Source: a virus
Lineage: Duplodnaviria > Heunggongvirae > Uroviricota > Caudoviricetes
Virus record (IMG/VR): IMGVR_UViG_3300029551_000088
Length of the DNA: 24,503 nt
Direction: 5' to 3' (one strand)
Below are positions 9,677-20,991 of the stretch, one piece after another. A program made the translations under genes and the position numbers. Under the pieces are notes generated by a model. It made no database searches. It saw nothing but the letters and a program-made list of their open reading frames with translations, and was not told where the DNA came from. How positions within the stretch are numbered: position 1 is the first letter of the stretch; every line of letters begins with the position of its first letter.

Positions 9677-10000
9677 GCACCATAACTGCTAATCATTCAA
9701 ACTATTTCACCTGTGACAGAGTCAATATCGCATTCTGTCACTGTCAGGCTAATACAGAGCTGCAATTCAACTACTGCAATGTCCTCGTAATTAGGTGAAT
9801 TTACAATATCGTCCTGTTCGGATGCCGGCTGCATTGCTGAAGATGAGGCATTTATGGTTCGCATATTTTCCCCTCATGCTCGTCAGTCCTGTGCGTAGGA
9901 AGAAACAGGACACTCACACTAATTTGTGTGGGCATGCTGTGATGTCCTTCTGAATTATTCCTATGCCATTATGTAAAGCGCTGTATCAGATGCTCGTCAC

Positions 10001-10110
10001 GGCTGTCAGGCTGTCAGGCTGTCGGGTCCTCCCGGTGGGGGCCCCTGCCACGGGGCGGGAGCGTCGCGGAAAAAGGCTAGTTTTTGAAATTTTATTCGTC
10101 ATCACCACTA
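10001..10110. other. cos region: 9-bp tandem repeats (GGCTGTCAG x2 then GCTGTCGGG, 10001-10027), cosN-like GGGCGGGAGCGT (10053-10064) and cosB-like TTCGTCATCAC element
   Basis: Direct comparison with my recollection of the lambda cohesive end (GGGCGGCGACCT ... TTCGTCATAACT); located immediately upstream of the Nu1-like gene as in lambda. Confidence 0.6.
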
Positions 10111-10238
10111 CTGTAATTGATTGATATTACAGTGGATTTATTTTTATGGTGTCGATTCTGATTGTTTTTTGTTCATCACTAACACCGTTTGCCTAAAGTT
10201 GTTCGCAAGATGCATGTTTAAAACATTCTGGAGCGGGT

Positions 10239-10733
10239 ATGGATCGAGAGTTAAAAAATCTGACGCTGAATATCAGTCAACTGGCGGCATTGTCAGGTGT
10301 ACATCGCCAGACTGCTGCGGCAAGGCTGCAAAATCTACCCGTTGCAGGGGGGCATGAAAGCAACCTCAAGCTTTATCGGGTGGTTGATATTGTGTCGGCA
10401 TTTCTGGCATTACCACCGCCGGTTGCAGAAGGCGAAATGGACGCGCATGAGCGCAAAGCCTGGTATCAGTCTGAACGTGAGCGTCTTAAGTTCGAACAGG
10501 AAACGGCACAACTCATTCCGGCCAGTGATGTCAGACGGGAGTTTGCCATCTGGGCAAAAGCGGTCGTGCAGGTGCTGGAGACATTACCGGATATTCTTGA
10601 ACGTGACTGCGGTCTGCAGCCTGCCGCTGTGAGCCGTGTTCAGTCCATTATTGATGATCTGCGCGATCAGATAGCCCTGCGGGTGACTGAAGCAGGTGCG
10701 GATGATGAGGAGGAATTACAGCAGGAGGAGTAA
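10239..10733 (+). CDS. terminase small subunit (Nu1-like, 164 aa), acidic C-terminus
   Basis: First gene after cos; stop overlaps the large-terminase start (TAATG); N-terminal region (LNISQLAALSGVHRQTAAARL) reads like a helix-turn-helix DNA-binding segment. Confidence 0.75.
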   Translation: MDRELKNLTLNISQLAALSGVHRQTAAARLQNLPVAGGHESNLKLYRVVDIVSAFLALPPPVAEGEMDAHERKAWYQSERERLKFEQETAQLIPASDVRREFAIWAKAVVQVLETLPDILERDCGLQPAAVSRVQSIIDDLRDQIALRVTEAGADDEEELQQEE

Positions 10734-11896
10734 TGCTGAATCAGGAAACCGCAAAGGCAGCACGAACCGATTCAGGTTATATCCTTCGCGCACCGAGACG
10801 AATGCGGGTTGCTGATGCCGTTGCTCAGTATATGCGGGTGCCTATGGGGGCAGGGAACTCAGTCCCGTGGGATCCGCTGGTGGCACCGTATGTTATTGAG
10901 CCTATGAACTGCCTGGCCTCGCGTGAATACGACGCAGTGATATTTGTTGGCCCGGCACGAACCGGCAAGACTATCGGCCTGATTGACGGCTGGGTGATTT
11001 ACAACGTGATTTGCGATCCTGCTGATATGCTGATCATTCAGATGACGGAGGAAAAAGCCCGCGAACACTCCAAAAAACGACTCGCCAGAACGTTTCGCGT
11101 CAGCCCGGAAGTGGTCAGTCGCCTGAGTCCGAACAAAAATGACAACAACGTTTATGACAGAACATTCCTTGCTGGCAACTACCTGAAAATCGGCTGGCCG
11201 TCAGTCAATATCATGTCTTCATCAGATTATAAATGCGTGGCGCTGACGGATTATGACCGTTTTCCGGAAGATATTGATGGTGAGGGGGATGCCTTCTCTC
11301 TTGCCTCAAAACGTACCACCACATTTATGTCCAGTGGTATGACGCTGGTGGAGAGTTCCCCCGGCAGGGATGTGAAGGATGTGAAATGGCGACGGACTTC
11401 ACCGCATGAGGCTCCACCAACCACGGGGATCCTGTCGCTCTATAACCGTGGCGATCGCCGTCGCTGGTACTGGCCCTGTCCACACTGTGGTGAGTATTTT
11501 CAGCCCTGCGGCGATGTGGTTGCTGGTTTCCGTGATATTGCCGATCCTGTGCTGGCAAGTGAGGCGGCTTATATTCAGTGTCCTTCCTGTTCAGGACGGA
11601 TTTTGCCTGAACAAAAACGCGAGCTGAACGGACGTGGGGTCTGGTTACGGGATGGTGAATCCATCAATGCAGATGGCAGTCGTTATGGTGATCCCCGGCG
11701 TTCACGTATTGCGTCATTCTGGATGGAGGGTCCGGCAGCTGCTTATCAGACACTCTCGCAACTCGTTTACAAACTGCTTACTGCAGAACAGGAATACGAG
11801 ACAACCGGAAGTGAAGAGACACTCAAGACGGTTATCAATACCGACTGGGGATTACCTTATCTTCCCCGCGCCAGCATGGAGCAACGAAAAAGTGAA

Positions 11897-14304
<2,408 letters not shown>

Positions 14305-14305
<1 letters not shown>

Positions 14306-15813
14306 TGGCAATTCTTGATGATGTGATTGGCGTTTTTTCACCAGGATGGAAAGCGGCAAGGCTGCGTTCCCGTGCGGTGATCCAGGCTTATGAGGCCGTA
14401 AAAACGACACGGACACACAAAGCCCGGCGGGAAAACCGAACTGCCGACCAGTTAAGCCAGTACGGGGCCGTGTCGTTACGTGAGCAGGCCCGTTACCTTG
14501 ATAACAACCACGATCTGGTTATTGGTGTATTTGACAAGCTGGAAGAACGGGTGGTGGGGAAAAACGGGATTATTGTCGAGCCACATCCGGTATTACGCAA
14601 TGGGGCCATTGCCCGTGATCTGGCAGCGGAGATACGCACCCGATGGAGTGAATGGTCTGTCAGTCCGGAAGTCACCGGGCAGTTTACCCGTCCGATGCTG
14701 GAACGTCTGATGCTGCGTACCTGGCTGCGCGATGGTGAGGTGTTTGCCCAGATGGTTTCCGGGCGCATAAACAGCCTGACGCCTTCTGCCGGTGTTCATT
14801 TCTGGCTGGAGGCGCTCGAGCCGGACTTTATTCCCATGACCAGTGATGAGAGCAACAGGCTGAATCAGGGCGTGTTTGTTGATGACTGGGGGCGTCCCGA
14901 AAAATATCTGGTGTATAAAAGCCGTCCCGTATCCGGGCGGCAGATGGAAACCAAAGAAGTGGATGCAGAGCGAATGCTGCATCTTAAATTTGTTCGCCGT
15001 CTGCACCAGATGCGCGGGACGTCTTTGTTGTCCGGTGTGCTGATCCGCCTCAGTGCCCTGAAAGAGTATGAAGATTCTGAGCTGACTGCAGCAAGGATCG
15101 CCGCTGCTCTGGGGATGTACATCCGGAAAGGCGACGGGCAGAGCTATGAACCGGATGGTAATGGCAGCAAGGAGAATGAACGCGAGCTTACCATTCAGCC
15201 AGGCATTATTTACGACGATCTGAAACCCGGCGAAGAAATCGGAATGGTGAAGTCGGATCGTCCCAATCCTAACCTTGAAACTTTTCGTAATGGTCAGTTG
15301 CGTGCCGTGGCGGCGGGCAGTCGTCTGAGTTTTTCCAGTACGGCACGCAACTATAACGGCACTTACAGCGCCCAGCGTCAGGAGCTGGTTGAATCCACTG
15401 ATGGCTACCTGATCCTGCAGGACTGGTTTATTGGTGCCGTCACCCGCCCGATGTATCGTGCCTGGCTGAAACAGGCTGTGGCATCCGGTGTTATCAGGCT
15501 ACCCCGCGATCTTGATCGTTCTTCACTGTATACCGCGGTGTATTCCGGACCGGTGATGCCGTGGATTGACCCTGTTAAGGAGGCTGAGGCCTGGAAAATT
15601 CAGATTCGTGGTGGAGCGGCGACAGAATCAGACTGGGTACGTGCAGGTGGTCGTAATCCGGATGATGTCAAACGTCGGCGCAAGGCCGAAATTGATGAAA
15701 ACCGCAAGCTGGATCTGGTATTTGATACCGATCCGGCCAGTGATAAAGGAGGCAGCAGTGCCGCAACGAAACGACAGGAGCCGCAGCACACCGACGACCA
15801 GTCCGAAGAATAA
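14305..15813 (+). CDS. portal protein (lambda gpB-like, 502 aa)
   Basis: Position after W; about 500 aa; translationally coupled start (TGATG). Track ORF 14233 is an upstream in-frame extension. Confidence 0.8.
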
Positions 15814-15826
15814 TTCCTGGTTCAGG

Positions 15827-17785
15827 ATGCAGGCAGGTCACCAGAGTGACGCGGATATTTATATTTATGACGAGATTGGTTTCTGGGGTGTTACAGCGAA
15901 GCAGTTTATCAGTGATCTGAATGCACTGGGCGATATCACCCACATTAATCTCCATATTAATTCACCGGGTGGCGATGTCTTTGAAGGCATCGCCATTTTT
16001 AATGCACTGAAAACACATGGTGCGTCCATTACCGTTTATGTCGACGGTGTGGCGGCGTCAATGGCGTCGGTCATTGCGATGGTGGGAAACCCGGTCATTA
16101 TGCCGGAAAACTCCTTCATGATGATTCATAAACCATTTGGCTTTACGGGCGGTGATGCGGAGGACATGCGCACCTATGCCGACCTGCTCGATAAAGTTGA
16201 GGCGGTTCTGTTACCCGCTTATGCACAGAAAACCGGGAAAACCACCGATGAAATTGCTGCCATGCTGGCGGATGAGACCTGGATGTCCGGTGCCGAATGT
16301 CTGGCACAGGGATTTGCTGATCAGGTGACACCAGCCGTTAAGGCAATGGCATGTATTCAGTCAAAACGTACAGAGGAATTTAAAAAGATGCCGGAATCCA
16401 TTCGAAACATGATTACTCCGCCACGCAACAGTGCTCCACGCGTACAGGATGATGAACCTGCAGCCTCCCGGACGCCAGTGCAGGCAGCAGCACCCGTGGT
16501 GGATGAAAACAGTATCCGTGCGCAGGTACTGGCAGAGCAAAAAGCGCGTGTAAACGGTATTAATGATCTGTTTGCCATGTTTGGCGGGCGTTATCAGACG
16601 CTGCAGGCCCAGTGTCTTGCCGATCCTGAATGTTCGCTGGAGCAGGCCCGTGAAAAGCTGTTGAACGAGATGGGGCGCGAGTCCACGCCATCCAATAAAA
16701 ATACCCCGGCTCATATTTATGCCGGTAACGGTAATTTTGTGGGGGACGGGATTCGCCAGGCGCTGATGGCGCGTGCCGGATTTGAAAAAACCGAACGTGA
16801 TAATGTCTACAACGGGATGACCCTGCGTGAATATGCCCGTATGTCACTAACTGAACGGGGTATTGGGGTTTCCGGTTATAACCCGATGCAGATGGTCGGT
16901 GCGGCGTTCACACACAGTACGTCTGACTTCGGTAATATTCTGCTGGATGTTGCGAACAAAGCCATTCTGCAGGGCTGGGAAGATGCCCCTGAAACCTATG
17001 AACAGTGGACGCGGAAAGGTCAGTTGTCTGATTTTAAAATTGCCCATCGTGTGGGTATGGGGGGCTTCAGTGCTCTACGTCAGGTGCGTGAAGGGGCGGA
17101 ATATAAATACGTCACCACCGGAGATAAACAGGCCACTATTGCACTGGCGACCTATGGCGAGCTGTTCAGTATCACCCGTCAGGCCATTATCAATGATGAT
17201 CTGAATATGCTGACCGATGTCCCGATGAAACTGGGCCGTGCGGCGAAATCCACTATTGCCGATCTGGTTTATGCCATTCTGACGTCTAACCCGAAAATCT
17301 CCACAGATAATGTAAGTCTGTTCGATAAAGCGAAACATGCAAACGTACTGGAGAGCGCTGCAATGGACGTGGCATCGCTGGATAAAGCCCGCCAGTTGAT
17401 GCGCGTTCAGAAAGAGGGGGAGCGTCATCTGAATATTCGTCCTGCGTTCGTACTGGTACCGACGGCGATGGAGTCTGTTGCTAACCAGGTCATTCGCTCC
17501 TCAAGTGTCAAGGGGGCTGACATTAACGCCGGTATTATTAACCCGGTGAAAGATTTTGCGACCGTTATTGCAGAGCCTCGTCTTGATGATAACAGCCAGA
17601 CCACCTTCTACCTGGCTGCGTCAAAAGGCTCCGATACGATTGAAGTGGCTTATCTCAACGGTGTGGATACGCCATATATTGATCAGATGGAGGGCTTCAG
17701 TGTGGATGGCGTGACAACGAAAGTGCGTATTGACGCCGGTGTCGCGCCAGTTGATCACCGCGGTCTGGTGAAATGTACGGCGTAA
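15827..17785 (+). CDS. ClpP-like (S14) prohead serine protease fused to an HK97-fold major capsid protein (652 aa)
   Basis: N-terminal region reads as a ClpP fold (DIYIYDEIGFWGVTAKQF...INSPGGDVFEGIAIFNALK...ASMASVIAMVG...MIHKP); central Ala/Gln-rich linker; C-terminal about 350 aa typical of a lambdoid major capsid protein. Start set at the first ATG after the portal stop. Confidence 0.75.
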   Translation: MQAGHQSDADIYIYDEIGFWGVTAKQFISDLNALGDITHINLHINSPGGDVFEGIAIFNALKTHGASITVYVDGVAASMASVIAMVGNPVIMPENSFMMIHKPFGFTGGDAEDMRTYADLLDKVEAVLLPAYAQKTGKTTDEIAAMLADETWMSGAECLAQGFADQVTPAVKAMACIQSKRTEEFKKMPESIRNMITPPRNSAPRVQDDEPAASRTPVQAAAPVVDENSIRAQVLAEQKARVNGINDLFAMFGGRYQTLQAQCLADPECSLEQAREKLLNEMGRESTPSNKNTPAHIYAGNGNFVGDGIRQALMARAGFEKTERDNVYNGMTLREYARMSLTERGIGVSGYNPMQMVGAAFTHSTSDFGNILLDVANKAILQGWEDAPETYEQWTRKGQLSDFKIAHRVGMGGFSALRQVREGAEYKYVTTGDKQATIALATYGELFSITRQAIINDDLNMLTDVPMKLGRAAKSTIADLVYAILTSNPKISTDNVSLFDKAKHANVLESAAMDVASLDKARQLMRVQKEGERHLNIRPAFVLVPTAMESVANQVIRSSSVKGADINAGIINPVKDFATVIAEPRLDDNSQTTFYLAASKGSDTIEVAYLNGVDTPYIDQMEGFSVDGVTTKVRIDAGVAPVDHRGLVKCTA

Positions 17786-17809
17786 ACGTCGCAGACAACA
17801 ACTCTGATG

Positions 17810-17828
17810 GCCCGTAAGGGCTTTTTTT
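17810..17828 (+). terminator. rho-independent terminator/attenuator after the capsid gene
   Basis: Hairpin GCCC-GTAA-GGGC followed by TTTTTTT. Confidence 0.45.
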
Positions 17829-17871
17829 GTACCTGAAATCAGCCCCTGAACGGGGCTGTGCGGAGACAGTT

Positions 17872-18195
17872 ATGGCAAAGAATTTTGTAGAAGAAGGAAA
17901 AACGGTGGCGATTGTTGCCAGTGCAGCCATCAGCAGCGGAGATCTGGTGCAGGTGGGCGATGTTTTTGCGGTGGCGCTGACCGATATTCCACAGGGTGAA
18001 ACAGGCGACGGCATGACCGAAGGTGTGTTTATGCTGCCTAAGCTGAAAACGGATGACATGAAAACGGGTAAGAAGGTTTATCTGAAGTCCGGAAAAGTTC
18101 AGCTGACTAACAGCGGCTCTGATCCGCTGGTCGGGGTTGTCTGGGCAGATGCCGGAACCAGTGCAGAAGAAGTGCCGGTAAAACTCAATGTCTGA
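17872..18195 (+). CDS. putative head-associated protein (decoration/DUF2190-like, 107 aa)
   Basis: Position immediately after the capsid gene; GGAGA ribosome-binding site; small Gly/Val-rich protein. Family assignment is uncertain. Confidence 0.45.
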   Translation: MAKNFVEEGKTVAIVASAAISSGDLVQVGDVFAVALTDIPQGETGDGMTEGVFMLPKLKTDDMKTGKKVYLKSGKVQLTNSGSDPLVGVVWADAGTSAEEVPVKLNV

Positions 18196-18463
18196 TCCCT
18201 TTTCCCGGCTGGCAGCGCGTATGGATGCTATCACGGTCAGAAAGATGGGAAAGACAGCCTCGATTAATGATGTCGATATGACTGTGATCCCGGGAGAAAC
18301 ACTGGCAGAGCTGAATGCTCTGTCCGGACCTGCGGTCTCTCTGGTGGTGTTTTCTTCGGGATACCGCCCACGGCGCGGGGATCGCGTTGTTTATGACGGA
18401 CAACAATGGACGGTCACACGGCATGAACGTTTTAACGGTAAGCCAATGATCTTTATTGAGTAA
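18188..18463 (+). CDS. head-tail attachment protein (lambda gpFII-like, 91 aa)
   Basis: Pattern similarity to lambda FII (N-terminal FSRLAARMDA..., central RRGD, C-terminal W-V); position before Z. Confidence 0.65.
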   Translation: MSDPFSRLAARMDAITVRKMGKTASINDVDMTVIPGETLAELNALSGPAVSLVVFSSGYRPRRGDRVVYDGQQWTVTRHERFNGKPMIFIE

Positions 18464-18474
18464 AGAGGTGTGGG

Positions 18475-19053
18475 ATGAAGGGGCTTGAGAATGCCATCCG
18501 TAATCTGAACAGCCTTGATACCCGTATGGTGCCACAGGCCAGCGCATGGGCGATAAACCGTGTGGCACAGAAAGCGGTCTCGGTCGCCACCCGGCAGGTT
18601 GCCGGGAATACCGTTGCGGGAGATAACCAGGTGAAAGGGATCCCCCTGAAACTGGTACGTCAGCGTGTCCGGGTGTTTAAAGCCAGTCCGTCAGGAAAAA
18701 TGACGGCCAGGATCCGCGTTAACCGGGGCAATCTGCCCGCTATTAAGCTGGGGACAGCCCGGGTCAGACTGGCCCGGCGTGGTGGAAAACTGCAGTACCG
18801 TGGCAGTGTGCTGAAGGTGGGTAAATATCTTTTCCGGGATGCGTTTATTCAGCAACTGGCGAATGGTCGCTGGCATGTGATGCGGCGTATTGATGGCAAA
18901 AATCGTTACCCCATTGATGTGGTGAAAGTCCCGCTGTCCGGACCGCTGACACAGGCATTTGAAGATGCCCGCGACCGCATTATTGCTGCGGAAATGCCGA
19001 AACAGCTGGGGTATGCACTGAAACAACAACTGAGGTTATGGCTGACCCGATGA
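18475..19053 (+). CDS. minor tail protein Z (lambda gpZ-like, 192 aa)
   Basis: Strong similarity to lambda Z throughout (KGLE.A..NL..., AINRVA, IKLG.ARV, GRWHVM.R..GKNRYPIDVVK, LGYAL..QLR). Confidence 0.85.
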   Translation: MKGLENAIRNLNSLDTRMVPQASAWAINRVAQKAVSVATRQVAGNTVAGDNQVKGIPLKLVRQRVRVFKASPSGKMTARIRVNRGNLPAIKLGTARVRLARRGGKLQYRGSVLKVGKYLFRDAFIQQLANGRWHVMRRIDGKNRYPIDVVKVPLSGPLTQAFEDARDRIIAAEMPKQLGYALKQQLRLWLTR

Positions 19054-19451
19054 ACCGACATACACAAATCCGCCAGGCCGTACTGGCACGCCTTCGGGAA
19101 CAGTGTGGAGACAGCGCCACGTTTTTTGACGGGCTTCCGGCATTTATTGATGCGCAGGAACTGCCTGCCGTGGCGGTGTGGCTGAGTGATGCTCAGTACA
19201 CCGGAAAAATGACGGATGAAGATGACTGGCAGGCTGTTCTGCATATTGCTGTCTTCATCCGGGCACAGGCACCGGATTCAGAGCTGGATATGTGGATGGA
19301 GAGCACCATTTTCCCGGCCCTGAATGATATACCGGCACTTTCCGGACTCATCGACACCCTGATCCCTCTCGGTTTTAACTATCAACGTGATAATGAGATG
19401 GCCACCTGGGCGATGGCGGAAATCACGTACCAGATCACGTACACGAATTAA
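19050..19451 (+). CDS. tail terminator protein U (lambda gpU-like, 133 aa)
   Basis: Similar to lambda U (ATFFDG.PA...PAVAV, PDSELD.WMES, DIPALS); ATGA overlap with the Z stop. Confidence 0.85.
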   Translation: MNRHTQIRQAVLARLREQCGDSATFFDGLPAFIDAQELPAVAVWLSDAQYTGKMTDEDDWQAVLHIAVFIRAQAPDSELDMWMESTIFPALNDIPALSGLIDTLIPLGFNYQRDNEMATWAMAEITYQITYTN

Positions 19452-19456
19452 AGGAG

Positions 19457-20206
19457 GTGGCAATGACCACACCAAATCCACTGGCAAAAACGAAAGGTGC
19501 GGGAACGACGTTCTGGATGTACACCGGCAAGGGCGATGCGTTTGCGAACCCTTTATCGGACACTGACTGGCTGCGTCTTGCGATGGTGAAGGATCTGCAA
19601 CCTGGCGAAATGACCGCTGATGCAGAAGATGACACTTATCTCGATGATGAAGATGCAGACTGGAAAACGACAACCCAGGGGCAGAAATCCGTCGGTGATA
19701 CTTCGGCGACGCTGGCCTGGCGTCCGGGTGACAGCGGGCAGAAAAAACTGGTTCAGTTGTTCGACTCCGGTGAAGTCTGCGCGTTTCGTATCAAATATCC
19801 CAACGGCACTGTTGATGTTTTCCGTGGCTGGCTGAGCTCACTGGGTAAAACCATTGCCTCAAAAGACGTGATGACCCGCACAGTGAAAATCAGCGGTGTG
19901 GGGCGTCCGTATCTGGCAGAGGAAGGCACTGAAACAGTGAGCGTTACCGGGCTGACGGTGGCACCGGCATCTGCCAGTGTAAAAGTGGGAGCAACCACCA
20001 CGCTGACCTTTACAGTAAAACCTGACGGAGCCAGTGACAAAGCGATCAGTGTGCATTCGACAGATCCACAGACTGCCACGGTGACCCTGAACGGGCTTGT
20101 GGCCACGGTGAAAGGCGTGAAGCAGGGCAGTGTCAGCATTGTGGGCATGACTTCTGACGGCGATTTTGTGGCAGTGGCTGCGGTGGCTGTCAGCGCCGCA
20201 GGTTAA
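19457..20206 (+). CDS. major tail protein V (lambda gpV-like) with C-terminal Ig-like domain (249 aa)
   Basis: Strong similarity to lambda V (KGAGTT, ANPLSD.DW.RLA.VKDL.PGE.TA, YLDDEDADW, NGTVDVFRGW); AGGAGG ribosome-binding site. Confidence 0.9.
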   Translation: MAMTTPNPLAKTKGAGTTFWMYTGKGDAFANPLSDTDWLRLAMVKDLQPGEMTADAEDDTYLDDEDADWKTTTQGQKSVGDTSATLAWRPGDSGQKKLVQLFDSGEVCAFRIKYPNGTVDVFRGWLSSLGKTIASKDVMTRTVKISGVGRPYLAEEGTETVSVTGLTVAPASASVKVGATTTLTFTVKPDGASDKAISVHSTDPQTATVTLNGLVATVKGVKQGSVSIVGMTSDGDFVAVAAVAVSAAG

Positions 20207-20226
20207 CAGGACGATACTCATCATTT

Positions 20227-20250
20227 GCCCCGGTTATCCGGGGCTTTTTT
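20227..20250 (+). terminator. rho-independent terminator/attenuator between V and G
   Basis: 7-bp GC stem GCCCCGG-TTAT-CCGGGGC followed by TTTTTT. Confidence 0.55.
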
Positions 20251-20263
20251 GCAGGTGGAGAAC

Positions 20264-20653
20264 ATGATGTTTCTGAAACAGGGCACGTTTAATTATGAAA
20301 AGCAGTCCGTGGTGCTCAGTGAGCTGTCCGGGCTGCAGAGAATTGAATATCTGGCGTTTGTTCAGCAGCGAACGGCAAAGTTTGATGCCGAAGAGGGAGA
20401 ACTGCCGGAGGCTGAACGACAGATTGCTTTTCTGCGGATGGGGATGGATATCAATGCCTGGCTGGTTTCCCGCTCACTGTGGAATGCGGAACAGTCTCAG
20501 GATGTTGAGACGCTTTGCGCATCCGTTATTACAACATGGTCGTATGATGCCCTGGGAGCGGGGGCGGAGATGGTTCTGTCGCTGAGCGGTATGGGAGTCA
20601 TTGAGAATGCCGGGGATTTGGAGCATGAGGTGCTGACGCCGGAAAAGTCCTGA
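20264..20653 (+). CDS. tail assembly chaperone G (lambda gpG-like, 129 aa)
   Basis: MMFLKQGTFNYEKQSVVLSELSGLQRIEYLAF resembles the lambda G N-terminus; GGTGGAGA ribosome-binding site. The track ORF starts at an upstream TTG inside the terminator. Confidence 0.8.
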   Translation: MMFLKQGTFNYEKQSVVLSELSGLQRIEYLAFVQQRTAKFDAEEGELPEAERQIAFLRMGMDINAWLVSRSLWNAEQSQDVETLCASVITTWSYDALGAGAEMVLSLSGMGVIENAGDLEHEVLTPEKS

Positions 20654-20991
20654 CGCGGGAAATGCAGTTTGTCATGCGGCTTGCCCGGGAGTTCCGGCGG
20701 GCAGACTGGCGGCGGATGCTGTCGGAAATGTCGGCCACTGAGCTTGGTGAGTGGGGCGATTATTTCCGGATGCAGAGCTTCAGTGATGTGTGGATGGATG
20801 CGCAGTTTGCCTCGCTGAAGGCATTGATCGTGAGAATGGTGTCCGGTAGCAGTGATGCTGCGGTGGCTGATTTCAGCCTTTTACCGGAAGAGAACGGGAT
20901 ACCGGAGCGAACGGACGAAGAACTGATGCATCTTGGGGAAGGTATTTCCGGAGGTGTGCGTTATGGACCAGATAGCCAACCTGGTCATTGA
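20264..20991 (+). CDS. tail assembly chaperone GT fusion, predicted by programmed -1 frameshift near 20641-20647 (G GAA AAG)
   Basis: The -1 frame is open from 20629 and continues to 20991, overlapping the last 8 codons of G; conserved G/T arrangement of long-tailed phages. Heptamer is non-canonical, so the exact shift site is uncertain. Confidence 0.5.

Noticed and set aside
9961-10030. Tandem GCTGTCAGG repeats considered as a possible CRISPR array or satellite
   Set aside because: Only about three short, spacer-less copies immediately next to cosN; best explained as a terminase or host-factor binding array.
10121-10632. Plus-strand ORFs of 78 and 111 aa overlapping cos and the Nu1-like gene
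   Set aside because: Alternative frames of the small terminase region; the Nu1-like frame has the ribosome-binding site, a DNA-binding-like N-terminus and the conserved position.
14480-17428. Numerous ORFs on both strands nested in the portal and protease-capsid genes
   Set aside because: GC-rich coding regions commonly give long spurious open frames; none has start signals or recognisable content.
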